Shown here piece by piece: positions 46,740-56,011 of a stretch of 64,000 nt of DNA. Position 1 is the first letter of the stretch. Each line of letters begins with the position of its first letter. This DNA comes from Candidatus Omnitrophota bacterium (GTDB lineage Bacteria > Omnitrophota > Omnitrophia > Omnitrophales > Aquincolibacteriaceae), in NCBI GenBank assembly GCA_043803685.1, contig JAZDJU010000037.1, positions 91,746 to 155,745 on the forward strand, read 5' to 3'. The notes beneath the pieces are model-generated. The model saw only the letters and a program-made list of their open reading frames with translations, had not been told where the DNA came from and searched no databases. A program made the position numbers and the translations under genes.

Positions 46740-47858
46740 TTATTTAAAAAGCCTCGTTTTCTGCCAATGGCTGGTCACAAGGTCGAAGTCGTCCCGCCAA
46801 GAACACCTCTGCATACAGGGTTTCCGGCATTGGCGTATCAACTTGCGCAGTTCCCTCGCCTTCTCCGAATACCAGAGATCTTTCAAACTGTCATTTTTCA
46901 CATCCCCGAACGTTGCCTCATGGCTATTCTGGTCCACGCAAAAATAAAGCTTTCCCTCCTGAACCACTTGAATGCGATTGTACCCGGAATAACAAGGCTT
47001 TCTGTTGATCTTTGTCCGTCCCTGAAAATACTTTTTGATCGTCTCCAGATTTTCGATCGTATTGATGATAAAATCGAAATTGTGCTCGTTCATTTTTTTA
47101 AATTGAATGATCGCGTCAATGGAATCCTCCAACAGCTTCAGCCTTGCTGGCGGTATGCGAACCCCCGAATTTATTTCCGCCTTTTCCTGATCCGTGTTAT
47201 CTCCCACCACCGGCTGAAAAGCCACATGAGCTATCTTCAAACTGCGGCATAATTCGATCACATCCATCAGCTCCTCGATATTCTGGTCCATGATCGTACA
47301 GGAGCAACAGATCAAGGGGGAATGGCTCCCGATTCTTTCTTTCACTTTGTTGATCAGCTTCACATTGGCGATGATCTTGTTCAGATAGGCCTGTCCTCTG
47401 ATCCTGGAAAATGTTTCTTCACTGGCCCCATCGATCGACAAGGTTAAATTGCTCCCTGTCGCTTCGGACATTTTCTCCACGATCTTTTCGGACATGATCG
47501 TGCCGTTCGTTACCACGATAATAGAGGAGAATCCGCAATCCACCGCAAAAGAGACCATCTCGAACAACCGCGGATCCAGAAAAGGCTCCCCCCCGATCAA
47601 GAGAAGCGAAGGGATCTTCATCTCCGCGCCCTCTTTGATAAGTTTCTTGATCGTCGAAATATCCAGATCGACCGGGCGATTCTGGGCCTTGAAAGACTCC
47701 TCCCTTTCGTGCATGTTACACATCGTGCACCTTAAATTACAACGGAAGGTGAAATTGATCTGAAGAGTATCCGGGGGAACCAGGGGATAATCTTTCTTAC
47801 GCGAAAGCCGGAACAATACATTCCTGTCAAGCAATCGCTGAAGCTTCTTGTTATCCAT
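46740..47858 (-). CDS. Radical SAM/SPASM-domain protein (paralogue of the N-terminal third of 40850..43936)
   Basis: FRCNLRCTMCNMHE, CYSGYN...CRKPCMQRCSWR. Start set at MDNKKLQ, overlapping the wzt-like stop by 8 nt. Confidence 0.88.
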   Translation of the reverse strand: MDNKKLQRLLDRNVLFRLSRKKDYPLVPPDTLQINFTFRCNLRCTMCNMHEREESFKAQNRPVDLDISTIKKLIKEGAEMKIPSLLLIGGEPFLDPRLFEMVSFAVDCGFSSIIVVTNGTIMSEKIVEKMSEATGSNLTLSIDGASEETFSRIRGQAYLNKIIANVKLINKVKERIGSHSPLICCSCTIMDQNIEELMDVIELCRSLKIAHVAFQPVVGDNTDQEKAEINSGVRIPPARLKLLEDSIDAIIQFKKMNEHNFDFIINTIENLETIKKYFQGRTKINRKPCYSGYNRIQVVQEGKLYFCVDQNSHEATFGDVKNDSLKDLWYSEKARELRKLIRQCRKPCMQRCSWRDDFDLVTSHWQKTRLFK

Positions 47859-47912
47859 TTTTCCTTTCTGAGCCTTTTGTATCGCCGCTGGATTCCTGGA
47901 TAACGATTCTCG
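46744..47912. repeat. Segmental duplication, copy B
   Basis: See copy A. Spans the whole SPASM gene plus the last ~55 nt of the ABC ATPase gene. Confidence 0.8.
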
Positions 47913-50607
47913 CCATAAGATCGATCTTTTCCTCCGGGCGAAGCTTTCCCGGATTCCTTTCAAGATACTGCAAAACTCTGCCGCGATGATAAAGATCCGA
48001 GTTCACAATATTCAGGGTCTTGGTAATGCTAGGCCCGCATGGCCCTATGCGGACTTCCGGCAATCCCGCTGCCGATACAGCCACCCATCCGTCAGGAACC
48101 CCTTCTTTATTGTCTGTAGAGTAAACAACCTCCCAATCATCGTCAATATTCGCTTTGAACGGGGGGAGGATGCCGCTCACGCCATGCGCCCGCCACGCAT
48201 CATACCTTTCTGAAAGCATGATATTGGTCTGTATACGATCCATTTCTATATCCTCGTTGACGATCATTGAGGCGCGAAGTTCGACCGTATGGCTGTCGGT
48301 GATCTTGATCTCCCAGGATTGAATCAAGGGTAACTGAAGCCAGTTTCCGTGAGCCATGAGCGTGTGATCATCGACATTTTCGACCCTCCAGAACGCCGAA
48401 GAAACCGAGGAATGCCAACGCCCCTGACAACGCAAGGCGGTATAGAAACCGAGTTCTTTGGTTAACTCTTTCCCTTTCCAATACAAACGCCCTTGCCCTC
48501 GGTCGAAACAAAAACTCAATTCACCGCGATCGATCTTGCTCACGACTTTACTTTCAACCGTGGCCCTTTTCTTTCCAAATGAGATCTCGGCATCAAAGCA
48601 AGATCGCTCTCCCGGGAGAAGCAGCTCCTGGCCTTCGCCTCCGATCCTGTAAATACGTATTTCACGCGATCGGGAAAAAATGTCGGCGTTGAATATTTTC
48701 ACAAAGCTATCATCAGCCTGGGCGACCTTCATGACCGCGGCCGGGACGCCCTCGGCCCTGCTCGCCACTCCGAGCTCAGGCTGCCGGATACACTTCTGAA
48801 GAACATCCACTTCATGCTCCAGAAACTCTTCCGGGAAATCATGCTCCACGGCCCCATAAAACCAGGACGTATATTCCTTGCTGAGCGTCCAATTCAGCAT
48901 CTGTTGTTCCACGCAAACTTCTTCACTGACCCGCAAGAAAACGTTGAGGCGAAAAGCGTCTTCTCCGACCGCCTCGATCTCCCAGATCTGGATGAACGGC
49001 GCATCCGGCCAGATCACCTGAGCGATCATTTTATGGGGCCCGGCCTTTTCGGGCTTCCATTTTGCCAAAGTCGAAAAGTATCTTCGCCCGCCCGCATGGA
49101 CCGATGACGCGATGGACTGGATCGCGGACGGACCAAACTTTTTACAGGTGATATCGCATCGCCCATGTTCAAAAACCAGCTTTGTGGTGTTGAGCTCTAT
49201 CGCATAACCCGCCTGCAGATCATTCAAATATTGTTCCGGGTCGGAAACGTCCAGGAGGATCCTGCCTGAAAACCAATACGCTTGGTCTGCACGCGAAACA
49301 TTACTATGCTGCCTACGGAGGATCGTGTATTGAAGGACTCTGCAATCGGCCAGAGAGTCCGAATTAAAGACCTGCCCCTGGGCTCCCAACGAAGAGTCCC
49401 GGGATTCAAAGATCAGCCCGGGCAATCCCGCGTCCGCCGCCTCTTGGGGCATCACACCCATACATTCATGAGCGGCTCTCTTTTCAGTGAGCGGTTGCCA
49501 GTCATGACTGTTTTCATCAATGACCGGAAAATGACCTTTCTCAGAAGGAGTGAACCAGTCGGCATATTCTTTTTGAAGTAAAAGATTAAGATAGCCCTCC
49601 TGAATGTCCAAGGGCTCGTCCGCCTGGATCTCCACATCCCATTTCACTTCAGAGTTCTCATGGATCTCCATCTTCCAGATCTGGGTCAGTCCCAGTTGGA
49701 AGAGCCTCCCCCGGGCCACGAACCGTGTCTCGCTCTCTTTTTGAACTTCCCAATCCGCCTGAAAAGAATGATAGCTCTTCCCGTCGACAAAAAAACGGGT
49801 GTATCCTCCGGCATTCGAAGTCACCGGCTTATCTTTCCAGTTAAGGAACAGCCTTCCGTTATTAAAAATAACGGAAAAAGGTCCTTGCGTCAGGATCGCG
49901 ATCGTATCTTTGGCTCCGATCATCTGCGCATAAAAAGGAATGACCTTCTCTGCCAGGTCATCTTTGATGACCCTTCCTTCCCTGATGAAAAGAACCCGCT
50001 TGCAAAGCTTTCGGAGCATATGCATATCATGCGTCACGCAAACGATCGTCGCGCCGGAATCCCTGAGTTCAAAGATCCTTTTAATGCATTTCCTTTGAAA
50101 ATACTCATCCCCCACGGCCAGAATATCATCAATGACCAATATCTCAGGCTCCACATGGATCGCGGCGGAAAAGGCCAGGCGGACAAACATGCCCTGGGAA
50201 TAACACTTCACCGGCGCATCAATAAATTTCCCGATATCGGCAAAGCTGATGATCTTTTCGCAGGCGACCTCGAGCTTCGCGGGGTCCATTCCCGATAGAC
50301 TCAGATTCAAGTGGATGTTATCTCTCCCGGTCAGCTCCGGCTGAAAGCCAGCTCCCATCTCCAAAAGCCCGGCCACTCTGCCGTCCACCTTGACTTCGCC
50401 CCGATCCGGTTTTAAGAGCCCCGCAATGATCTTCAGGATCGTCGTTTTTCCGGACCCATTTTCCCCGATGATCCCTATCGTTTCGGAAGGCTCGATCTTG
50501 AAGCTGATCCCCTTTAAAGCCCAGTAATTCTCCCAGGAAACTTTGCCGGCGAGCACGAACTTGATCCGGTACATTTCCCAAACATCATGAAAATTTATGA
50601 TAGCCAT
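47851..50607 (-). CDS. Wzt/TagH-type polysaccharide-export ABC ATPase with a C-terminal extension of about 670 aa made of three repeated modules
   Basis: GENGSGKTT, YSQGMFVRLAFS, LVIDDILAVGDEYFQRKC. The C-terminus carries three copies of a module with Q(I/S)W(K/E)(M/I)E ... (K/E)(E/R)Y..W ... (F/L)P. Confidence 0.85.
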   Translation of the reverse strand: MAIINFHDVWEMYRIKFVLAGKVSWENYWALKGISFKIEPSETIGIIGENGSGKTTILKIIAGLLKPDRGEVKVDGRVAGLLEMGAGFQPELTGRDNIHLNLSLSGMDPAKLEVACEKIISFADIGKFIDAPVKCYSQGMFVRLAFSAAIHVEPEILVIDDILAVGDEYFQRKCIKRIFELRDSGATIVCVTHDMHMLRKLCKRVLFIREGRVIKDDLAEKVIPFYAQMIGAKDTIAILTQGPFSVIFNNGRLFLNWKDKPVTSNAGGYTRFFVDGKSYHSFQADWEVQKESETRFVARGRLFQLGLTQIWKMEIHENSEVKWDVEIQADEPLDIQEGYLNLLLQKEYADWFTPSEKGHFPVIDENSHDWQPLTEKRAAHECMGVMPQEAADAGLPGLIFESRDSSLGAQGQVFNSDSLADCRVLQYTILRRQHSNVSRADQAYWFSGRILLDVSDPEQYLNDLQAGYAIELNTTKLVFEHGRCDITCKKFGPSAIQSIASSVHAGGRRYFSTLAKWKPEKAGPHKMIAQVIWPDAPFIQIWEIEAVGEDAFRLNVFLRVSEEVCVEQQMLNWTLSKEYTSWFYGAVEHDFPEEFLEHEVDVLQKCIRQPELGVASRAEGVPAAVMKVAQADDSFVKIFNADIFSRSREIRIYRIGGEGQELLLPGERSCFDAEISFGKKRATVESKVVSKIDRGELSFCFDRGQGRLYWKGKELTKELGFYTALRCQGRWHSSVSSAFWRVENVDDHTLMAHGNWLQLPLIQSWEIKITDSHTVELRASMIVNEDIEMDRIQTNIMLSERYDAWRAHGVSGILPPFKANIDDDWEVVYSTDNKEGVPDGWVAVSAAGLPEVRIGPCGPSITKTLNIVNSDLYHRGRVLQYLERNPGKLRPEEKIDLMARIVIQESSGDTKGSERKNG

Positions 50608-50655
50608 TCATCACCTTATGCCCGTTCAGATTCTCATTAAATCCATAACATTATT

Positions 50656-52086
50656 TTAACGGCTAAAAGCCTCTTCAGATACGGGAATCCCTAAAATATC
50701 CCGAAGGATCACCTTGGCGATATTCCCGGCCAGGATCGTATTGCCCAAATCGGTGCAGTGACCAAAGTCCGCAGCAAACCTGTCCCTGAAGATCTCTTCG
50801 AATCGGTATTTCTTGAGCGCATCCTTAAATAGCTTTTCATTATCGACAAAACTGACGTTTTGACCGTGGTCCGCAGAAAAAATCCTCCTTAAGGGTTCTA
50901 TGTCCCGCATAGGATACTGCACGCAAACAAGACGTATCCCGTGTTCATCGAGCAGTTTCTTTATCTTACGATAATTTTCCACTGTCATCGATTCGTAACC
51001 TTGAGGAGCCAGGGCATGGCCCTGAGCAAGATAATCATCGCTCAGCTTGGATTTCCCCAAAGCGCGGTAAACATAAGCCAGGCCAAAATAGGGTCTATAA
51101 TCCGACTGATGGCTAAGCTCAATGGATTCTTTATAATTCGCTATAGCTTCCTCGTACCGGCCCTGTGCCGCAGCTATTTCTCCAGAATAGTAACTGATCC
51201 ATCCGGCGTGGCAGTGGCTTCTGAGAACCTTCAGCAAGGATTCCGCTTCGACATTTTTATGTACAGTGTTCAACTGACCCAGCAAATATCCCGCATACGG
51301 ATTCTCTTCCGGACATGCCGTGAATATTTTCTTGAACTTCTCGACCATTGCTTGGAGCATTGCTTCCTGCTCCTTGGGCTTGCATTGAAACATCCACCTG
51401 AAAAATGCGTCCGTATTCAAGGGATTGAGCGTGACAGCCTGACAGAATGTGGATCTGGCCTCATGCTCCTTCCCCTGAGCCTGCAACCGCATGCCAAGCT
51501 TTAGATAATAAACATCATCTCTGGACGCAGCGACAGGCGCTTCAGATCGAGGCTTACCCATAACCATGCGTTTTATTTCCTCAAACTTGGCCTGAATGTG
51601 CGCGCAAAGTAACTGCATGAGCCTATGCGTTTTAAAAGACTGGGCAAAACTTCGGTTGCAGGTGGCAAATCCGGCGGGCATATGCTTGGCACCCGCATCA
51701 TTAATGCCGATCATGGCCACCACCATATCGGGCTTGTATTTCCTGATATTGCTTTCCATTTTCTCGAAAATAACATCGGTATTGGTCGCGATCAGACCTT
51801 CATCGGTCACACTAAATCGCGTTTGGGTCTGACGGGCATTCAGTATCTTTTCAAGGAACCGTGGGTATTGCGCCTGAGTCGTCGACTCTCCAACGCACAG
51901 GATCCGATAGGAACCCCCGGTTTTCAGGGTGGCCCAATTTTTATATTGCTGCACAGCCCTGATGAAAAAACCCGATGCCTGGAGGCCCATCTCAAGCATA
52001 GCGAGAGCAAGCAACACTCCGAACAATACCAGCGCCACTCTTTGCCCGAAAGAGCTCGCTTTAGAAATTTTTTGCTTCTTTTTCAC
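50656..52086 (-). CDS. Membrane-anchored SGNH/GDSL-like hydrolase with inserted TPR region
   Basis: ILCVGESTT (block I), MIGINDAG (block III), DFGHCT (block V DxxH). TPR-like helices lie between blocks III and V. Confidence 0.7.
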   Translation of the reverse strand: MKKKQKISKASSFGQRVALVLFGVLLALAMLEMGLQASGFFIRAVQQYKNWATLKTGGSYRILCVGESTTQAQYPRFLEKILNARQTQTRFSVTDEGLIATNTDVIFEKMESNIRKYKPDMVVAMIGINDAGAKHMPAGFATCNRSFAQSFKTHRLMQLLCAHIQAKFEEIKRMVMGKPRSEAPVAASRDDVYYLKLGMRLQAQGKEHEARSTFCQAVTLNPLNTDAFFRWMFQCKPKEQEAMLQAMVEKFKKIFTACPEENPYAGYLLGQLNTVHKNVEAESLLKVLRSHCHAGWISYYSGEIAAAQGRYEEAIANYKESIELSHQSDYRPYFGLAYVYRALGKSKLSDDYLAQGHALAPQGYESMTVENYRKIKKLLDEHGIRLVCVQYPMRDIEPLRRIFSADHGQNVSFVDNEKLFKDALKKYRFEEIFRDRFAADFGHCTDLGNTILAGNIAKVILRDILGIPVSEEAFSR

Positions 52087-52120
52087 AAAATCGTCCCTTA
52101 GAATAAAGAGCGTCCGGGAC

Positions 52121-53656
52121 TTATTTCATCCCCAAAACTTCCTTTAAAACCACATCCGCTATTTGTTCCGCTAAGAGCTTATTCCCTAGCTTGGTGCAAT
52201 GTCCGAAATCACCGCCGAACATATCGAAGAAATATTCATGAAGACGCCCCCCCGCCACTGCGGTCTTGAACGGCTTCTCATTATCCACAAAAAAAACTCC
52301 GTCCCGGTCCGCAAAAATCTCCTTAAGCACAGAGATGTTCCTCATGGGGTATTGCGCGCAGACCAGTTTGATCTTTCTGGAGTCAAGGATGGCCTTCAGA
52401 CGGCGATAGTTCGTCACAGTAACGACATTGTAAAAATCCTTGTCCAGGGACCTTTCTTTATTTTCGCAGGCCGCGGCCTCTTCGTGCCTTCCCGTTTCAT
52501 GATAGAACAATATCAATCTTCGATGGCAAAGGTCATTCGTTGGGTTTGCCGCGAGAAACTTTTTCAAGGCCTGCTCGGCATCAGCGTACCGCTTCTGGGC
52601 CATATAAATATGCACCAGAGCCATGGTCACAATCCCCATATCTCCGGAACTTTCTTTATTTTTATTACCGAGAAGCTCAGCTTTTTTATAAGCGGCTTCT
52701 GCCTGTTCATATTTTTTTTCGGACAAATACTGATCTCCTAGAGAACGATACCCCGCAACATCATAGGGCATTAATTCTATCACTTTCAATAACAAGCCCT
52801 CTATCTGATCCTCATGGGTGCCATTTCTATGAACCCAAGACAACCCGTAATAGGCCTGGGCATTCTTTGGATTTTTCGCTAAAACCTTATTGAACGCCTT
52901 TTCTGATCCGCCCAGATCCCCATCCGAAAGAGCCTTCCATCCATCAGACAAACACTTTAGTTCATCGACGGAATAAGGCCCCCCTGAAACGCCAAGGAGC
53001 TCCTGAGTGCCTCTAAGACCGAAATCCTTTAATTTTTCCCGCGGCACCTCCACGGCCGGTTCTTGAGAGGCTGGAGTTTGCACAACTGGAGGCTTTACCT
53101 CATTCGTCTTTTTTATTTTTTCCGTTAGATGAAGCCCCAGGGATCGTACTAATTTAACAACGCGCAACGAGAACAGCCACCGCACAAACCTTGATGAGCT
53201 CTTGACCTCCGGGGGCATATGTTTACCCTGATCATTGATCCCCATCATCGTCACGACGAGATCCGGCTTATACTTATCCAGATTGGCTTCCAGTTGTGCC
53301 AGGATCACATCGGTGTTGGTGGAGGGTATTCCTTTATCAATAACACTGAATGGGATGCCCTGCCCGCGCCGATTGAGCTCCTCCTCAAGAAAGGAAGGAT
53401 ATGTGCCTGCCGTGGTGGACTCCCCCAAACACAGAATGCGATAACCATGCGCTCTCAAAGAACGCAGATTTTGGGATTCCTGGAAAAACAAAAATGCAGA
53501 TCCCCCTATGCGCAGTCCTGCCTCCAAAAGAACTAACCCTAGGAGTATTCCGAAAAGAACCAGTCCCGCTTTTTGCAATAAAGTCGTGGGGGTACGAACG
53601 AGCGGTCCCTTCCTAGCGAAAGCAGCCGTTCGTTGTTCGATCTCTTTTTTATTCAA
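52121..53656 (-). CDS. Membrane-anchored SGNH/GDSL-like hydrolase with inserted TPR region (paralogue of 50656..52086)
   Basis: ILCLGESTT, MMGINDQG, DFGHCT. Collinear with its neighbour. Confidence 0.7.
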   Translation of the reverse strand: MNKKEIEQRTAAFARKGPLVRTPTTLLQKAGLVLFGILLGLVLLEAGLRIGGSAFLFFQESQNLRSLRAHGYRILCLGESTTAGTYPSFLEEELNRRGQGIPFSVIDKGIPSTNTDVILAQLEANLDKYKPDLVVTMMGINDQGKHMPPEVKSSSRFVRWLFSLRVVKLVRSLGLHLTEKIKKTNEVKPPVVQTPASQEPAVEVPREKLKDFGLRGTQELLGVSGGPYSVDELKCLSDGWKALSDGDLGGSEKAFNKVLAKNPKNAQAYYGLSWVHRNGTHEDQIEGLLLKVIELMPYDVAGYRSLGDQYLSEKKYEQAEAAYKKAELLGNKNKESSGDMGIVTMALVHIYMAQKRYADAEQALKKFLAANPTNDLCHRRLILFYHETGRHEEAAACENKERSLDKDFYNVVTVTNYRRLKAILDSRKIKLVCAQYPMRNISVLKEIFADRDGVFFVDNEKPFKTAVAGGRLHEYFFDMFGGDFGHCTKLGNKLLAEQIADVVLKEVLGMK

Positions 53657-54836
53657 AGCTTTTCAACTTCTTCTTCAGAATCTCTTTGGATGCCTTTATT
53701 TCTTTCAACAACTCGCCGGTCTTCGACTTGTCTGCACTTTGCCGCACCAGGAACCAGATCCTGATCTTATTGGCTACTTTCCCCAGGAGATATTTGGTGT
53801 TCTGGTAGACCCGGTTATACATTCTCCTGTAAAAACCGGGCTTCGTGAGCTTCTGCACCTTTAAGGAGATCAGCTCCTCGGTCTTCTGCTTTCCAAAGTT
53901 TTGATCATAACAACTCATCATGCATCCGCCGCAACCCTTGGTTTCAATCTCCCGGCGCAACCGGTCATGTTTCCGGGAACCCCAGATCTCGGATAGCTTT
54001 TTTTTCTTAACATTGCCGATAACCTTGTCGTCCAGGACCCAGCAAGGGTAAACATTCCCTTCCGAGGATACGGGACAGGAGCTCCAGAGGGCCGAACAAC
54101 CTTTTTGCTCCGCGTTGATCACGGTCTCGCCGCACAAATAGGCAGGGATCCTGTGAAGATACTCTTGCGGGTTGGTCATAATCTTGTATTCCTGCGCAAG
54201 CCGGATCACTTCCACAAGGCTTTTTTCGATATCCGGCTGTGATCCCCTCGGCGCAAAAAAATCTCCCCGGAGCCCCTTATCTTTCAGAAAGATATCGCTG
54301 AACGGTTGAAATTTGACGGTCGTCACTCCGAATTGATACGCTAGCTCCATCACCTTGGGCAAGGCCTCGTAATTCTGCCTGCTAACGATCGTGGCAATGG
54401 TGGTTTCGATGTTGTGCTTTGAAAGATTTTTTAGCGCTTCAACCGCTTTGACATAGTTCCCTTTCCCCCGCAAGGCGTCATGAGTGGCTTCATCCCCCTC
54501 AACGGAGATGTTCACGACCCCGATCCCCGCTGCGACAAGCTTGCGCGCGACCTCCTCGGTCAGAAGCGTGCCGTTCGAAGCCAGGCAGGTATTGATCCTG
54601 TGTCGATTGACAAAAGCGATCAGATCAAAGATATCTTCGCGCAATAAGGGTTCGCCCCCGCTAAAAACAATACTGCGCGGACAAAAATGAACCGCATCAG
54701 CGACCAGCCTCTGCATCTCCTCACCGCTCAGCTCGGTCTGGCGGCCCCCTGCGGGGATCTGACACATCGAACAGCGCAGGTTGCACCTGTTCGTCACAGA
54801 AATGATCACTTCATTGAGCCGGTGTTCCATGGTCAA
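53649..54836 (-). CDS. Radical SAM/SPASM-domain protein
   Basis: VTNRCNLRCSMCQ, SGGEPLL. C-terminal CSALW..CPVSSEGNVYPC...CGGCMMSC. Confidence 0.88.
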   Translation of the reverse strand: MTMEHRLNEVIISVTNRCNLRCSMCQIPAGGRQTELSGEEMQRLVADAVHFCPRSIVFSGGEPLLREDIFDLIAFVNRHRINTCLASNGTLLTEEVARKLVAAGIGVVNISVEGDEATHDALRGKGNYVKAVEALKNLSKHNIETTIATIVSRQNYEALPKVMELAYQFGVTTVKFQPFSDIFLKDKGLRGDFFAPRGSQPDIEKSLVEVIRLAQEYKIMTNPQEYLHRIPAYLCGETVINAEQKGCSALWSSCPVSSEGNVYPCWVLDDKVIGNVKKKKLSEIWGSRKHDRLRREIETKGCGGCMMSCYDQNFGKQKTEELISLKVQKLTKPGFYRRMYNRVYQNTKYLLGKVANKIRIWFLVRQSADKSKTGELLKEIKASKEILKKKLKSFE

Positions 54837-56011
54837 TCGTCACCCAAAACAAGGTCTTCGTAGGCATCCACCCACTGGAGCCCTGTTTCCAAAGCCTTTT
54901 TTTTTCCCGCCTTCGTCATCGCGGACCCCTCCAGAGCTGCCGTAAAATCATTCACGACCCTTTTCAAGGACTCCGTTCCCGGACGCGCCCAGCAGGTCTG
55001 GAGACACGGCTTATCGCAGACCCCCATTTTCGTTCTGGCCATCCGGGCGGCCTCCGTATTCAAACAATCGCTCAAAGACATATCCTTGATATTCCCGAAA
55101 GAAGGCCCGCAACTGCGCACGGAGCCGTCCGGGCCTACATCCACAAAAACAAAGGGATTGCACTTCCAATCGCGTCGCGTCAGCGAACCCTGAAAATAGC
55201 CCAGCCATTGATAAGGGTCATGCAGGAAAGCGATGAGACCCGACTTGTCCTTATAAGCCACAAGCTTGTCGATCTGCTCCTTAAGGACGCCCTGCCATTC
55301 CGGCGTGATCCAAAGATGCCCCTCCTTGACCGTATTCTGCATATCCGCCTGCGCCACGATGACCGGATGATAGACAAGACATTCCACTCCTATTTCTTTG
55401 ACCAAAGCAATCATGTCATACAGTTCATGGACATTTTCTTTCATGATGGTGACCCAGGCCGAGATCTGCGGACCATGACCTTTCCGTTTTTTTTCTTCGG
55501 CCAAAAGGCGCAGAGCTCTGATCGCTTTCGCGTAAGCCCCGTCCACGCCACGAATGGAGTCATGCGTCTTGGCGCTTGCGCCGTCCAGAGAAATCGCGAT
55601 ATTGCTAAGTCCTGAATCCATGATCCTGGCCGCAAATTGAGCGTTATCGATCAGGCTACCATTCGTGACCGCTTCGGTCTTCAGCCCCAAGGAAACGGAA
55701 TGGCGGATGATCTCGAAAACGTCCTTCCTTAAAAAAACCTCGCCCCCGGTGAACAAAACCGTGCAGTCCGCTCCCCAGCCCGCCACTTCGTCGAGGCTCT
55801 TCTTCAGCAGATCGATATCCAGTTCCTGGTCCTGTAGTACATGTCTTACGCCGCACATTTGACAATTAAAATTGCAGCGATGCAGCAAGCTGAAAAAGAC
55901 CCAATAGGGCTTGGCAAAAGGCTGATTTAAAGCCTCGGAAAAATAAAAATCGAGATTGGTTTTAAACTCAGAAAGAATTTTCTGCATGGTTTTTTGAGTG
56001 ACTCCCTTCAA
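54833..56011 (-). CDS. Radical SAM/SPASM-domain protein
   Basis: LLHRCNFNCQMCG, TGGEVFL. C-terminal WKCNPF...VRSCGP...CDKPCLQTC. Confidence 0.88.
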   Translation of the reverse strand: MKGVTQKTMQKILSEFKTNLDFYFSEALNQPFAKPYWVFFSLLHRCNFNCQMCGVRHVLQDQELDIDLLKKSLDEVAGWGADCTVLFTGGEVFLRKDVFEIIRHSVSLGLKTEAVTNGSLIDNAQFAARIMDSGLSNIAISLDGASAKTHDSIRGVDGAYAKAIRALRLLAEEKKRKGHGPQISAWVTIMKENVHELYDMIALVKEIGVECLVYHPVIVAQADMQNTVKEGHLWITPEWQGVLKEQIDKLVAYKDKSGLIAFLHDPYQWLGYFQGSLTRRDWKCNPFVFVDVGPDGSVRSCGPSFGNIKDMSLSDCLNTEAARMARTKMGVCDKPCLQTCWARPGTESLKRVVNDFTAALEGSAMTKAGKKKALETGLQWVDAYEDLVLGDD

